From positions 14,464-78,463 of the forward strand of contig CBFGJP010000001.1 of NCBI GenBank assembly GCA_965649105.1: a DNA stretch of 64,000 nucleotides, written 5' to 3'. Of the stretch, positions 38,860 to 49,577 are shown in pieces; position 1 is the first letter of the stretch; each line of letters starts with the position of its first letter. The notes beneath the pieces are model-generated. The model ran no database searches. It had not been told where the DNA came from and saw only the letters and a list, made by a program, of their open reading frames with translations. The DNA is from a candidate division WOR-3 bacterium. Lineage in GTDB: Bacteria > Hydrothermota > Tepidihabitantia > SM23-42 > JAOAFX01. A program made the position numbers and the translations under genes.

Positions 38860-40389
38860 ATGCCCAGAAAGGTAGATTTTCTGGTTGTGGGCTCCGGTGT
38901 TGCAGGTTTAACCTTTGCAACTAAGAGTGCAAAATACGGCAGTGTTCTAATCCTCACAAAGAAACATAAGGCAGAATCAAATACGAATTATGCACAAGGT
39001 GGAATTGCTGGTGTCTTTAGCAAGGATGATTCATTTGAAAGTCATATTGAAGACACTTTAAAAGCAGGAGACGGGTTATGCCATCGGGATGCAGTTGAGA
39101 TAATGGTGAAAGAAGGTCCTTCCTTGATAAAAGAACTATATCACATGGGTTGCCGTTTTTCGGTGGATAGTGAAGGGAATTTTGAACTCGGACAGGAAGG
39201 TGGACATTCACATCGTAGAATTGTCCATGCACGAGATTATACCGGGCAGGAAATCGAGCGGGTACTGATTGAAGAAGCAAAAAAATATGATTTTACAATA
39301 AGCGAAAACGAAGTGGTTCTCGACCTGATTGTTCAGGATGGTGAATGTCTTGGTATTTATTACCTTGATGTTGACACGCAACGAGTGGAAACGATATTTG
39401 CCAGTGCAACAGTTTTAGCAACAGGGGGAGTTGGTCAGGTATATGAACATACCACAAACCCACCAATCGCGACCGGGGATGGTATCGCAATGGCATTTCG
39501 AGTTGGTGCAGAAATAGCAAATATGGAATTTGTCCAATTCCATCCCACCGCAGTTTATAATATAAAAATAGACGGCAGGTCGTTTTTAATATCCGAGGCG
39601 GTTAGGGGCGAAGGTGGGATTTTGAAAACACGGGCTGGTAAAGCGTTTATGAAGAATTACCACCCTCTTGAGAATCTTGCACCACGAGATGTGGTTGCTC
39701 GCGCCTGCGTTACTGAGATGATCAAAAACAACGACCCGTATGTGCTGCTTGATGTTACCCACCTCAAACCGGATTATATAAAAAATAGATTCCCAACGAT
39801 TTATGAAACCTGCCTGCGCTGGGGCATTGACATCACAAGGGAACCAATCCCAGTTGTTCCTGCAGCCCATTATCTGTGTGGCGGGATAAAGGTAAACACC
39901 TGGGGTGAAACATCTATCAAAAGGTTATTTGCTCTTGGCGAATGTGCTTGTACCGGGGTTCACGGTGCAAATCGTCTCGCCTCGAATTCTCTACTCGAGG
40001 CACTTGTTTTTGCGACAAGGGCTGCAAAACGTGTTTCTCAAATCAAATCATTAAGGTTAAAAAAACACCCCAAATTAAAACCATCGGTCAGCACGGGTCC
40101 GGATTTCAAGATTCAAATAAAACAATTGATGTCTCAATTTGTTAATGTTATTAGAACCGAAGCTGGATTGAAAAAGGCGAGCGAAATGTTGAACGAATAC
40201 AAAAAATATTTTGAGCCAGGTATTCATTTAAAAAATGCTGAATCTCGCAATATGATTGATGTCGCTTGGTTGATTGTAGAATCTTGTTTGATAAGAAAAG
40301 AATCGCGTGGGCTGCACTACATTATGGATTATCCCGAGAAGGATGACGATTTTTTAAGAGACACAGTTATCCAGAGAATATCAATATGA
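38860..40389 (+). CDS. nadB: L-aspartate oxidase
   Basis: FAD-binding DFLVVGSGVAGL. Fumarate-reductase-family flavoprotein domains (HYLCGGI catalytic region). 509 aa, no extended C-terminus of SdhA. Confidence 0.75.
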   Translation: MPRKVDFLVVGSGVAGLTFATKSAKYGSVLILTKKHKAESNTNYAQGGIAGVFSKDDSFESHIEDTLKAGDGLCHRDAVEIMVKEGPSLIKELYHMGCRFSVDSEGNFELGQEGGHSHRRIVHARDYTGQEIERVLIEEAKKYDFTISENEVVLDLIVQDGECLGIYYLDVDTQRVETIFASATVLATGGVGQVYEHTTNPPIATGDGIAMAFRVGAEIANMEFVQFHPTAVYNIKIDGRSFLISEAVRGEGGILKTRAGKAFMKNYHPLENLAPRDVVARACVTEMIKNNDPYVLLDVTHLKPDYIKNRFPTIYETCLRWGIDITREPIPVVPAAHYLCGGIKVNTWGETSIKRLFALGECACTGVHGANRLASNSLLEALVFATRAAKRVSQIKSLRLKKHPKLKPSVSTGPDFKIQIKQLMSQFVNVIRTEAGLKKASEMLNEYKKYFEPGIHLKNAESRNMIDVAWLIVESCLIRKESRGLHYIMDYPEKDDDFLRDTVIQRISI

Positions 40390-40422
40390 AAATAACACAT
40401 ATAAAATAAAAAGGAAAGGAGC

Positions 40423-40704
40423 ATGCAATCAGGAGAAATTGAAGTTTTAATGGAGATTGGACAATCATATCTCTTAAATAAGGAGTATGATAAAGCAATA
40501 GCAAAATTTAGTGAAGCCTTAAAAATAAATTCCCATGACCCGGAATTATATTATTATCTGGGTCTGGCTTATGAACAATCGGGTAGATTAGAACAGGCAA
40601 AGGATATGTATTTAAAGGCGCTGGCGTTAGACCGGGGATTCTGCAATGCTGAAATAAGGTTATACGAAGTAAATAATAAAATTTCTCAGGAGAAGAAAAT
40701 GTAG
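40423..40704 (+). CDS. small TPR-repeat protein
   Basis: 93 aa. Two TPR-like helices (AIAKFSEALKINSHDPELYYYLGLAYEQSGRLEQA). Confidence 0.5.
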   Translation: MQSGEIEVLMEIGQSYLLNKEYDKAIAKFSEALKINSHDPELYYYLGLAYEQSGRLEQAKDMYLKALALDRGFCNAEIRLYEVNNKISQEKKM

Positions 40705-40717
40705 GGTTAAATGTTTT

Positions 40718-41899
40718 TTACTTCTTTTCATCCGTTTTTATCAAGGCAATTAACAGTAGCGCTGCAATAAAGGACAATAGCGCACCAAGAAAAAGAGCAA
40801 CATTAAAACCAAATTTCTGCCAGAGATAGCCCATCATCAGGTTGGCGGGCAAAAGGGTAATACCCACAACCGTGTGATAGAGGCCAAAAATTGTTCCCCT
40901 GTGTTCAGCACCTGTGAGGTCGGCCACAAATGCCCGGAGATTTCCTTCAGTAAAGCCATAATATAAGCCATAGATAATAAAAATTGGCCAGAGCAGAATA
41001 ACTTTATCATTAAATGCAAGTGCGGAATAAGTAATGGCGTAGATAAAAAAGCCAAAGACTATTGTTTTTTTTCTACCGATGCGGTCGGAAATAATACCTG
41101 CCGGATAAGACCAGAGAAAATAAGATATGTTAAAAACAAGCCAGAGAATTGGTATCAATGGAAGAGCAAGGCCCAGTTCTTTTGCCCTCAAGATTAGAAA
41201 TGCATCCGATGAATTGCCCAATGTAAATAAAATTATTATAAGAAAAAAAGTTCGCAGTTTTGGATGGATTTCTTTAAAAGAGAATTTGAAAGTCTTTTTT
41301 GTTTCCGAAAGTATATCTGTCACCCCGAAAATAATAAACATAACGGCGATAAAACCAGGAATGAAAGCAATGACAAAGAGCAATCGATAATTCTGCGAAG
41401 ATAGCGAAAGAATAAAAAATGCCAAAAGAGGTCCAAGAATTGCTCCCATTGTATCCATCGCCCGATGAAAACCATATGTCCTTCCATAAAATGCTGCCTT
41501 GGTAGATTCGGCAATCAATGCATCCCGCGGCGCTGTCCTTATGCCTTTGCCAAAACGATCGGCAAAACGCACAATTAGTACATGCCAGCCTTGAGTGGCA
41601 AGGGCAAGCAATGGTTTGACGATTGCCGAAAAAGTGTAGCCGATAAAAATAAAAAGTTTTCTTTTTCGAAAACGGTCCGAGATATACCCAGAAAAAGTCT
41701 TTAAAATACTTGCGGTTGATTCCGCTATTGCCTCAACCAGACCAATAAATATCGGTTGTGCCTTCAAAACTTCTTTTAAAAAGATTGGTATTATTGCATA
41801 AGACATCTCCGTGGAAAGATCGGTGAAAAGACTAACCAGACCAAGAATGAGGACATTGCGAGTAAGGAAAAATCTCAATCCGTTTTTTTTCTCATTCAT
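40718..41899 (-). CDS. MFS transporter
   Basis: 393 aa. 12 predicted TM segments. MFS loop motif (ISDRFGRKK). Confidence 0.7.
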   Translation of the reverse strand: MNEKKNGLRFFLTRNVLILGLVSLFTDLSTEMSYAIIPIFLKEVLKAQPIFIGLVEAIAESTASILKTFSGYISDRFRKRKLFIFIGYTFSAIVKPLLALATQGWHVLIVRFADRFGKGIRTAPRDALIAESTKAAFYGRTYGFHRAMDTMGAILGPLLAFFILSLSSQNYRLLFVIAFIPGFIAVMFIIFGVTDILSETKKTFKFSFKEIHPKLRTFFLIIILFTLGNSSDAFLILRAKELGLALPLIPILWLVFNISYFLWSYPAGIISDRIGRKKTIVFGFFIYAITYSALAFNDKVILLWPIFIIYGLYYGFTEGNLRAFVADLTGAEHRGTIFGLYHTVVGITLLPANLMMGYLWQKFGFNVALFLGALLSFIAALLLIALIKTDEKK

Positions 41900-41902
41900 T
41901 GT

Positions 41903-42286
41903 CTATTTACGGAGATTAATTTCGACCGTGTCTACAACTCCCGATAGGGTTAAATACCAATACTGTCTGGGCCATCCAGGATTATCAACACTGTCTAATA
42001 AAACCGCAACAATCTGACTACCTTGATAACTTGATGTTCCGTAACAAACACTATCCATTTCAAAAAATCCTGGGAACGAATCACCTGAATAACCGGTTGT
42101 CACAGGTCTGAATCTATAATAGCCTGTATCATCCGGTTTGATATCTCTTATGACCAAATTAAGCCCATTAATACCGCTTGTATCATATTTTGCCCATCCA
42201 TATAAATGAGTGAAATAAAGTTCTTCTTTTTTTGTGCAATCAAAAACAACGCCAGTAATTATTATGAAAAAAATAATCTTCTTCAT
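41903..42286 (-). CDS. hypothetical secreted protein / lipoprotein
   Basis: 127 aa. Signal peptide MKKIIFFIIITGVVFDC with lipobox-like Cys. Confidence 0.4.
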   Translation of the reverse strand: MKKIIFFIIITGVVFDCTKKEELYFTHLYGWAKYDTSGINGLNLVIRDIKPDDTGYYRFRPVTTGYSGDSFPGFFEMDSVCYGTSSYQGSQIVAVLLDSVDNPGWPRQYWYLTLSGVVDTVEINLRK

Positions 42287-42440
42287 AAAACCTCCCTATG
42301 CCCTTAATTTTATCAAAGAAATTTCAAAAGTCAAGTTACCGGTATCTGTATTTCTCAATAACTTCTCTTTCGTAATTGAATAAACAACAAGAATGTGTTG
42401 CACAGATTTAAAAAGCAGTAGTTAAGATTGCTTAACAATA

Positions 42441-42468
42441 TTGACCCAGTGTGATTTCTGAATATAAT
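42441..42468 (+). promoter_or_regulatory. promoter TTGACC-N16-TATAAT for iorA (leaderless geometry)
   Basis: TTGACC 42441..42446, TATAAT 42463..42468. ATG 42477 is 8 nt after the -10 box, no SD. Confidence 0.55.
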
Positions 42469-42476
42469 AATTCATT

Positions 42477-44231
42477 ATGAGCAATAAAAAAATACTTTCA
42501 GGAAATGAGGCGGTCGCAAGGGGTGCCTGGGAAGCAGGATGCCACTTTGCCGCTGCTTATCCGGGAACTCCATCTACAGAAATTTTAGAGAATATAATAA
42601 AATACCCGGAGATCTATACCGAATGGTCGGTAAATGAGAAAGTAGCGCTTGAAGTTTGTGCAGGCGCATCATTTGTTGGTGCGCGGGCTATCACGGCAAT
42701 GAAACATGTAGGTCTGAATGTTGCTGCCGATCCGATGTTTACCCTTGGATATACTGGAGTGACCGGTGGACTTGTTATTGTCACCTGTGATGACCCGGGA
42801 TTGTGGTCATCACAAAATGAACAGGATAACCGCCATTATGGAAGGCATGCCAAGATTCCTATTCTTGAACCTTCGGACTCAAATGAGGCAAAGATATTTG
42901 CAAAAATGGCATTTGATTTATCTGAGCAATTTGACAGTGTATTTCTCTTGAGGCTGACAACCCGTATTTCACACTCATCAGGCATTGTTGAATTTGGAGA
43001 ACGTCAAGAAGTTCCAGTAAAAGGCTACACAAAAAATATCAAAAAAAGGCTTGTTCTTCCTGCCCATGCTAGAATTCTCCATCAAGTTGTTGAAGAACGA
43101 TTAAAAAAACTTGCTGAATATTCTGAAAAGTTTCCTTATAATAGGATTGAATGGGGCGAGAAGAACCTTGGGATAATAAGTTCCGGGATTGCCTATATGT
43201 ATGCAAAAGAAGTCTTTCCCGATGCAAGTTTTTTGAAACTCTCATTCACATATCCCTTGCCAAGGAATTTAATCAAAAAATTCGCACGGAAGATGAAACA
43301 CTTACTTGTCATTGAAGAAGGTGACCCTATCCTTGAACAGGAAATTAAAGCAATGGGAATTAAGGTTATCGGTAAAGATAAAATTCCTTTGTGCGGTGAA
43401 CTCGATCCAACCGTGATAAAAAAGAGTTTCAATAAAAAAATTTATAAACCTCAATTGGAATTAAAAGATGTACCCGAAAGACCTCCGGTCCTTTGTCCTG
43501 GTTGTCCCGAAAGAGGTGTATTTTATGTTATTAATAAATTGAAACTCACCGCGACTGGAGATATCGGCTGTTATACCCTCGGTGCCCTGCCGCCATTAAA
43601 CGCAATGGATACCTGCATTTGTATGGGGGCATCGGTGACGAATGCACACGGAATGGATAAAGCCTTAAAAAAAGAGTTAAGCAAAAAACTTGTAGCAATC
43701 ATTGGTGACTCTACCTTCTTCCATATGGGTATCACTGGATTGATAAATGCGGTATACAATAAAGGAAATCTGCATCTGATAATTCTCGACAACTTAACCA
43801 CCGCAATGACCGGACATCAACCCCATCCGGGAACCGGAAGACTCGCTCGGGGTGAAGAAGGTAAAAGAATTCTACCAGAAGATGTTGCGCGTGGCTGTGG
43901 GGTTGAATTTGTCAGGGTTGTAGATCCAATGGATTTGAAACAAACAGAGCAGGCGATTAAAGATGCAATAAATTTTGAAGGCGTAACAGTCCTTGTATTT
44001 CGCAGCCCCTGCATATTTTTGAAAAAACCAAAACCCTATCTTGCGGTAGACCCAGAAAAATGCAATGGCTGTAAACTCTGCTTGAGATTGGGGTGCCCGG
44101 CAATTATCATTAAAAATATAGCATCAAAAGAAAAACCGGTGGCATATATTGAACCAACACTTTGTAACGGTTGTGATTTATGTCTTCAATTATGTCAGCA
44201 TGATGCGATATATCCGTCAAAAAAGGAATAA
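42477..44231 (+). CDS. iorA: indolepyruvate ferredoxin oxidoreductase subunit alpha
   Basis: 584 aa. TPP-dependent 2-oxoacid:ferredoxin oxidoreductase N-terminus. Two C-terminal 4Fe-4S motifs (CNGCKLCLRLGCP and CNGCDLCLQLCQ). Confidence 0.75.
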   Translation: MSNKKILSGNEAVARGAWEAGCHFAAAYPGTPSTEILENIIKYPEIYTEWSVNEKVALEVCAGASFVGARAITAMKHVGLNVAADPMFTLGYTGVTGGLVIVTCDDPGLWSSQNEQDNRHYGRHAKIPILEPSDSNEAKIFAKMAFDLSEQFDSVFLLRLTTRISHSSGIVEFGERQEVPVKGYTKNIKKRLVLPAHARILHQVVEERLKKLAEYSEKFPYNRIEWGEKNLGIISSGIAYMYAKEVFPDASFLKLSFTYPLPRNLIKKFARKMKHLLVIEEGDPILEQEIKAMGIKVIGKDKIPLCGELDPTVIKKSFNKKIYKPQLELKDVPERPPVLCPGCPERGVFYVINKLKLTATGDIGCYTLGALPPLNAMDTCICMGASVTNAHGMDKALKKELSKKLVAIIGDSTFFHMGITGLINAVYNKGNLHLIILDNLTTAMTGHQPHPGTGRLARGEEGKRILPEDVARGCGVEFVRVVDPMDLKQTEQAIKDAINFEGVTVLVFRSPCIFLKKPKPYLAVDPEKCNGCKLCLRLGCPAIIIKNIASKEKPVAYIEPTLCNGCDLCLQLCQHDAIYPSKKE

Positions 44232-44233
44232 AA

Positions 44234-44836
44234 ATGGAAAAAAATAAAAAAACGATTGAATCATCAAATAATAAAATTACCAGTATAATAATCTGCGGAG
44301 TTGGCGGTCAGGGTATATTGCTTTCCTCAGATATTCTTTGTACTGCGGCATTTCTGGCGGGATACGATGTAAAAAAAAGTGAAATACATGGAATGGCCCA
44401 GCGTGGCGGCAGTGTAATAACGCATGCACGATTTGGTAAAAAAGTATATTCACCACTCGTAGAAGAAGGCAGTGCTGATTTTATTCTGGCATTTGAAAAA
44501 CTGGAGGCATTGAGATACAGTTATTTTCTGAAAGAAAAAGGGATAATCATTTTGAATGACCTTGAAATTCCGCCCATGAGTGTACTTACCGGTGAAAGAA
44601 AATATCCTGAAGATTTAATTAATAAATTAAAAAGCATTGCTACTGTAAATTTAGTCCCCGCTCAGGATATTGCCTTGAGATTGGGTAATGTGCGCGTAGC
44701 CAATGTCGTACTTTTAGGCAGTATTGCGAAATTTTTGCATTTTCCTAAAGAAGTCTGGATTGAAGCAATAAAAGAAAATGTGAAACCACAATATCACGAT
44801 TTGAATATTAAGGCATTTGAGCAGGGATTACTTTGA
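44234..44836 (+). CDS. iorB: indolepyruvate ferredoxin oxidoreductase subunit beta
   Basis: 200 aa. IIICGVGGQGILLSS gamma-domain-like. Directly follows iorA. Confidence 0.7.
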   Translation: MEKNKKTIESSNNKITSIIICGVGGQGILLSSDILCTAAFLAGYDVKKSEIHGMAQRGGSVITHARFGKKVYSPLVEEGSADFILAFEKLEALRYSYFLKEKGIIILNDLEIPPMSVLTGERKYPEDLINKLKSIATVNLVPAQDIALRLGNVRVANVVLLGSIAKFLHFPKEVWIEAIKENVKPQYHDLNIKAFEQGLL

Positions 44837-44967
44837 TATTTGTTCGATCAGTTTTATCCCCAAGCGATTGCAGAATAAATCTTTAGCTCTGAACTTATTG
44901 CATTTATCCGATTACTTGTTTCTCTAATAATTCTTGACTTTATTAGCTTTATGGGTAGAATTATTTT

Positions 44968-45603
44968 ATGAAAGGAAGTAAAATGAACAAATTAATTATA
45001 TTCTCATTTACTTTGCTATTGATTACAGGAATTGCTCAGCCGCAAAACTTAGATAGTATCATTAACAAAACAATTGCCCATTATCAAAACCTTAATAGTT
45101 TTTACATAGAATTCTCCCAGAATTTCTGCGAAAAAAATTCTGGTATCTGTCAGAATTTTGATGGCACCGTATACTTTCTTAGACCCAATTATTTCCGTAT
45201 GGAAATAAAAGCACCCAAACAGATTTATGTCGGTGATAGTATCTCACTATGGATTTATCTTCCGGATAAAAAAAGGGCCATAAGGCAGCACTTTGGTGCC
45301 CAGATTCCGTTCGCGGTTAACCCTGATATTTTTCTCAAGGATTATAACCAAAGATTTAATGCCGAATTGAAAATAAACAAAAATTATGAAATAATTATGA
45401 CGCCCAAGGAAGATACCGAAATTTATAAAAAAATAATCGTCACGATTGACTCTCAAAAATACGAAATAATTGGAATCACCATTTTGGACGAAACCGATGC
45501 CGAGAATAAATTCATCTTCAAAAATATTCAGTTGAATAAAAAGATATCTAAAACATTATTTGAATTTAAACCACCTAAAGGGACTGAGGTCATTGAAGAT
45601 TAA
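44968..45603 (+). CDS. LolA-like outer-membrane lipoprotein carrier family protein
   Basis: Signal peptide. LolA-like size and beta-rich composition. Alternative ATG at 44983 has a better RBS (AAGGAAG). Confidence 0.45.
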   Translation: MKGSKMNKLIIFSFTLLLITGIAQPQNLDSIINKTIAHYQNLNSFYIEFSQNFCEKNSGICQNFDGTVYFLRPNYFRMEIKAPKQIYVGDSISLWIYLPDKKRAIRQHFGAQIPFAVNPDIFLKDYNQRFNAELKINKNYEIIMTPKEDTEIYKKIIVTIDSQKYEIIGITILDETDAENKFIFKNIQLNKKISKTLFEFKPPKGTEVIED

Positions 45604-45610
45604 ATTCTTA

Positions 45611-45991
45611 ATGGACAATAAGTGTTTTGCCTGTGGTACTGATAATCCCATCGGATTACATCTCGATATTCGTGAAAATCCAAATGGAGTGTATGCAAAG
45701 ATAAAACTAAGCCCGATATATCAAGGTTATCAGCAGGTGATACATGGCGGCATTGTTTCAACGATTCTTGACGAAATGGCAGTTTGGGCATCGTTCAAAA
45801 AAGGCAAAAAGGCTGTTACTGCCGAACTGAATGTGCGGATAAAAAAACCAATGCTTTCAGATACAGAATATATTGCTATCGGACGGGTGATAAATACAAA
45901 GTATAATCTCGTAATTGCGCAGGCAGAGATAAAAGACTCAAATGAAAAGGTTATTGCCTGTGCCGATTTGAAATTGATAGAGATTGATTAA
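45611..45991 (+). CDS. hotdog-fold acyl-CoA thioesterase (PaaI/YbgC-like)
   Basis: QQVIHGGIVSTILDEMAVWA motif. Start chosen at internal Met after the LolA-like stop. Confidence 0.6.
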   Translation: MDNKCFACGTDNPIGLHLDIRENPNGVYAKIKLSPIYQGYQQVIHGGIVSTILDEMAVWASFKKGKKAVTAELNVRIKKPMLSDTEYIAIGRVINTKYNLVIAQAEIKDSNEKVIACADLKLIEID

Positions 45992-47219
45992 GGTATATTT
46001 CATTTCGCTGGGCTGTCCCAAGAACCTTGTTGATTCAGAAAAGATAATGGGAACTTTGGAAAAAAACGGCGTAACACTCGGCTCCAGTCTGCAGGAAAGC
46101 GATATTGTCATAATCAATACTTGTGGATTTATAAGACCTGCCTTGAAAGAAACTGAGAGGGAAGTGGAAAAGAGTTTAAGATTTAATAATAATAAAGAGG
46201 TTTATGTATACGGTTGTGCGGTCAATCGAGCACGTGATTTTTTATCTAAAAAGTTTCCTGGAGTCAAAACCTGGTATTATATAACTGAAAGAAAAAAGCT
46301 TATTAAAGATATCCTAAAAAAGGTTCCAAAAACTGACGCAAGATTGTTGACAACATCAGGTTATGCTTATCTCAAGATCGCCGATGGGTGCTCAAATCAT
46401 TGTTCATATTGTACAATTCCTATGATCAAAGGAGAATTTAAAAGTTTAAATTTTAACGACCTCATCAATGAAGCAGCAGCGCTAGCAAAACTGGGCATAA
46501 AAGAGTTGATCCTCATTGCTCAGGATACAGCACGGTATGGCTTGGACTTGTATAATAAAAAAATGATTGTGCCACTTATAAGAGAACTCTCAAGATTAAA
46601 AGGAATTGAATGGATAAGGTTGTTATATGCCCATCCCAGATCATTGACTGATGAATTAATATCCGAGATAAAAAATAATCCGAAAGTCTGTAAATATCTT
46701 GACCTTCCAATTCAACATATCAATGACCGAATTCTTAAATTGATGAATCGTTATATCACAAAAAAAGAAATTTTAAGATTGATAAAAAAATTAAAGGGCA
46801 TAACCCTGCGTACAACAGTAATCGTTGGTTTTCCAACGGAAACTGATGAAGAATTTGATGAACTTTTTGATTTCTTGCAAAAAGGCTACTTTGATTGGCT
46901 CGGTGTTTTTAAATATTATCAGGAAAAAGATACACCCGCTGGTCTGTTAAAACAACTTCCATCTTATGTTGTCAATAAAAGATTTAATAAATTGATAAAA
47001 CTTCAGCAGAGAGTAATAAAATATAAGAACAGGCAAAGAATAAATAAATCTTTCAGGGTTCTTGTTCATCAAAAAAACAAGTATTTTATTGGACATACCG
47101 ATTTTGCCGCACCTGATATTGATGGGCAGATAATAATCAGACACGAAAATGTAGAATTGGGTAAATTTTATTGTCTTAAAATAAAAGACGCAAAAGGGGC
47201 TGACCTTTATGCCTATTGA
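45984..47219 (+). CDS. rimO: ribosomal protein S12 methylthiotransferase
   Basis: N-terminal LGCPKNLVDSE (RimO signature). Radical SAM CSYCTIPMIKG. TRAM domain. Confidence 0.75.
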   Translation: MIKVYFISLGCPKNLVDSEKIMGTLEKNGVTLGSSLQESDIVIINTCGFIRPALKETEREVEKSLRFNNNKEVYVYGCAVNRARDFLSKKFPGVKTWYYITERKKLIKDILKKVPKTDARLLTTSGYAYLKIADGCSNHCSYCTIPMIKGEFKSLNFNDLINEAAALAKLGIKELILIAQDTARYGLDLYNKKMIVPLIRELSRLKGIEWIRLLYAHPRSLTDELISEIKNNPKVCKYLDLPIQHINDRILKLMNRYITKKEILRLIKKLKGITLRTTVIVGFPTETDEEFDELFDFLQKGYFDWLGVFKYYQEKDTPAGLLKQLPSYVVNKRFNKLIKLQQRVIKYKNRQRINKSFRVLVHQKNKYFIGHTDFAAPDIDGQIIIRHENVELGKFYCLKIKDAKGADLYAY

Positions 47220-47976
47220 TCTTATAGTTATAACCATCTCTTGTATTATCAGTCACATTGATTTTCCGCTTGAATTTAATGGGCGCGTTTTCCTTGGGAA
47301 GTACCTTAATAGTGATACGGCCAGATTCAACATGGATGCTTCAGCACAAATGAGATGTACAATGATAAGATATAAAAATCTTTCTTATTATATGGAGTAT
47401 AGAGATGATCTCGATATGGCAGAACAGAAAGGCGGCGTCTCTCTTGACCCGAGATATTCACATTATTATGTCACAGGTGGTTTCGAATATAAATTTTCAA
47501 AATCCTTCTGCCAGGTCTCGTTTGTCCACGATTGTGTCCATGATATTGATTACGAAGTAACAGGGACGCCAGTTTTTAACCGACTCTCTTTGCTCTTTGC
47601 CAATTCCGCATACCATCCAGCGAATATAATAATAACAAATGAAAAATTCCTCTGGGCATTCAGCACAAAATTCTATCCACACTGGGAATATCATGGCTGG
47701 GATATAAATGCTGGTGCTGACTATCAGCTCGATTTTAATATCGATCTTACATTCAAATTTTATGATAAAAAATCCTTCGCTGCTTTCACCAACCTATATC
47801 TATTGGTATGTAAAAGTGATACCACAGTTTACCATCAGGATTTTGTTCGAATGAATGTTTTTTATAAAAATTTCAGTCGCAGATTTGGGGTTGAGTTAAA
47901 ATATAATTTTTATAATAACGACCCAATAAAGGATCCGGGAGGCTTATGGCTACTTTCAGTATTTGTGGAATTTTAA
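47209..47976 (+). CDS. hypothetical protein (possible outer-membrane beta-barrel, C-terminal Phe)
   Basis: 255 aa. Amphipathic beta-strand-like pattern. Ends ...LLSVFVEF. Confidence 0.35.
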   Translation: MPIDLIVITISCIISHIDFPLEFNGRVFLGKYLNSDTARFNMDASAQMRCTMIRYKNLSYYMEYRDDLDMAEQKGGVSLDPRYSHYYVTGGFEYKFSKSFCQVSFVHDCVHDIDYEVTGTPVFNRLSLLFANSAYHPANIIITNEKFLWAFSTKFYPHWEYHGWDINAGADYQLDFNIDLTFKFYDKKSFAAFTNLYLLVCKSDTTVYHQDFVRMNVFYKNFSRRFGVELKYNFYNNDPIKDPGGLWLLSVFVEF

Positions 47977-49577
47977 TATTAAATCTTCTGTCTTTCAATC
48001 AAGCAGGCAATTCTTACGAATTATTCAGCATTGGTTGTCAGCTTGAACTTGAAGGCAAAATTTCTGAGGCAATAAATTATTATCTAAATGCCCTCCAATT
48101 CGACCCGACCGCAAAAGAGTTATACTTTTCTCTCGCCAGTGCATTTTATAAAATAAAGGAATTTGATAAAGGAATTGAATATGCGCATAAAGGACTAGCC
48201 TTCGTCAGTGATAGTTCTGAAATGTACGGTTTGATTGCCGCAGGATACATTGGAAAGGGCGACCTTAAGAATGCAGTCACGATCTATAAAAAAATAAACG
48301 AATTGAAACCTTTAGATACCGGAGTAATTCAAACTATCGCTTTAATCTATGAAGGTATGGGCGATTTAAACTCCGCAATGAAGACACTCCTTGAATTTCC
48401 TGATAGTCTCAAAAATGCTGATATATATAACCGTTTAGGAACGATAGCAGGAAAATCTCAAAATCATATGGATGCCATTAAGTATTACAAACAGGCATAT
48501 GTCCTTGATACAACAAAAGCCCTTCCCCTAATTGGTATCGGCACAGGATTTGATATTTTGAATGTAAAGGATTCGGCAATATACTACTATGAGCTTGCAT
48601 TAAAATACGATGATTCCAATGATCTTCGTAAAAGACTTCTTGACCTTTACAGTGATACCGAACAATATGAAAAAATAATCAGTGTTGCTCATGAAATACT
48701 AAAGTTTGATTATTACGACGCTTATGTCCGCAGAAGTCTCGGTTTTGCATTATACAAATTAGGCTTATTTAATGAAGCCCTGAATGAATTTTTAATAAGT
48801 GCGGGTCTAAATCCACTGGACGATTATTCCCGTTTTTACATTGCACGCATAAATCTTGAGAAAAGAAAATACGATGAAGCACAGCAGGCGATTGAGGATG
48901 CAATTAAAATCAATCCCAATTTTACCGAACTATGGGTTTATGCTGGATTTATTGCGCTGGATAAAAAAGAATATAAGGTCGCAAGATATTACTTTACCGA
49001 AGCAGCGTATCGCAATGCGGATATGTCGCAAATCTACTACTTACTTGGTGTTGCTTGTGAACTTGATAGTGAATTTACTAATGCCTATTTCCATTATAAG
49101 AAATCTTTGCTCTTGAATCCTCAATCCCTGCCGGTTTTATCTGCCCTTGCCAGTATATGTGAACGTCTTGGCAGAGAAAATGAAGCCCTGCGTACATTTG
49201 AAAAAATTATTCAGATTGACTCTACCAATGCTACTGCCCTGAATTATGTTGGGTATACTTACGCAGAGCGTGGTGAAAAATTAGATTATGCCTTGGATTT
49301 GATTGAAAGGGCGCTACTGATTGAACCGAACAATGGTTATATAATTGATTCCAGAGGATGGGTTCATTACCAAAAGGGTGATTATGAGGCTGCCCTCATC
49401 GATTTAAAGAGAGCAAGCGAACTCGTTGAAGATGCAGTGATCTTTGAGCATTTGGGGGATGTATATTTGAAACTCAATGAAGTTGAAAGGGCAATCGAAA
49501 TGTACAAAAAGGTTATTAATCTCGACCCACAAAATAAAACCGTGAGGCATAAATTATTAAGATTGGAAGGAAAATGA
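47946..49577 (+). CDS. TPR-repeat protein
   Basis: 543 aa with numerous 34-aa TPR units. Confidence 0.65.
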   Translation: MATFSICGILILNLLSFNQAGNSYELFSIGCQLELEGKISEAINYYLNALQFDPTAKELYFSLASAFYKIKEFDKGIEYAHKGLAFVSDSSEMYGLIAAGYIGKGDLKNAVTIYKKINELKPLDTGVIQTIALIYEGMGDLNSAMKTLLEFPDSLKNADIYNRLGTIAGKSQNHMDAIKYYKQAYVLDTTKALPLIGIGTGFDILNVKDSAIYYYELALKYDDSNDLRKRLLDLYSDTEQYEKIISVAHEILKFDYYDAYVRRSLGFALYKLGLFNEALNEFLISAGLNPLDDYSRFYIARINLEKRKYDEAQQAIEDAIKINPNFTELWVYAGFIALDKKEYKVARYYFTEAAYRNADMSQIYYLLGVACELDSEFTNAYFHYKKSLLLNPQSLPVLSALASICERLGRENEALRTFEKIIQIDSTNATALNYVGYTYAERGEKLDYALDLIERALLIEPNNGYIIDSRGWVHYQKGDYEAALIDLKRASELVEDAVIFEHLGDVYLKLNEVERAIEMYKKVINLDPQNKTVRHKLLRLEGK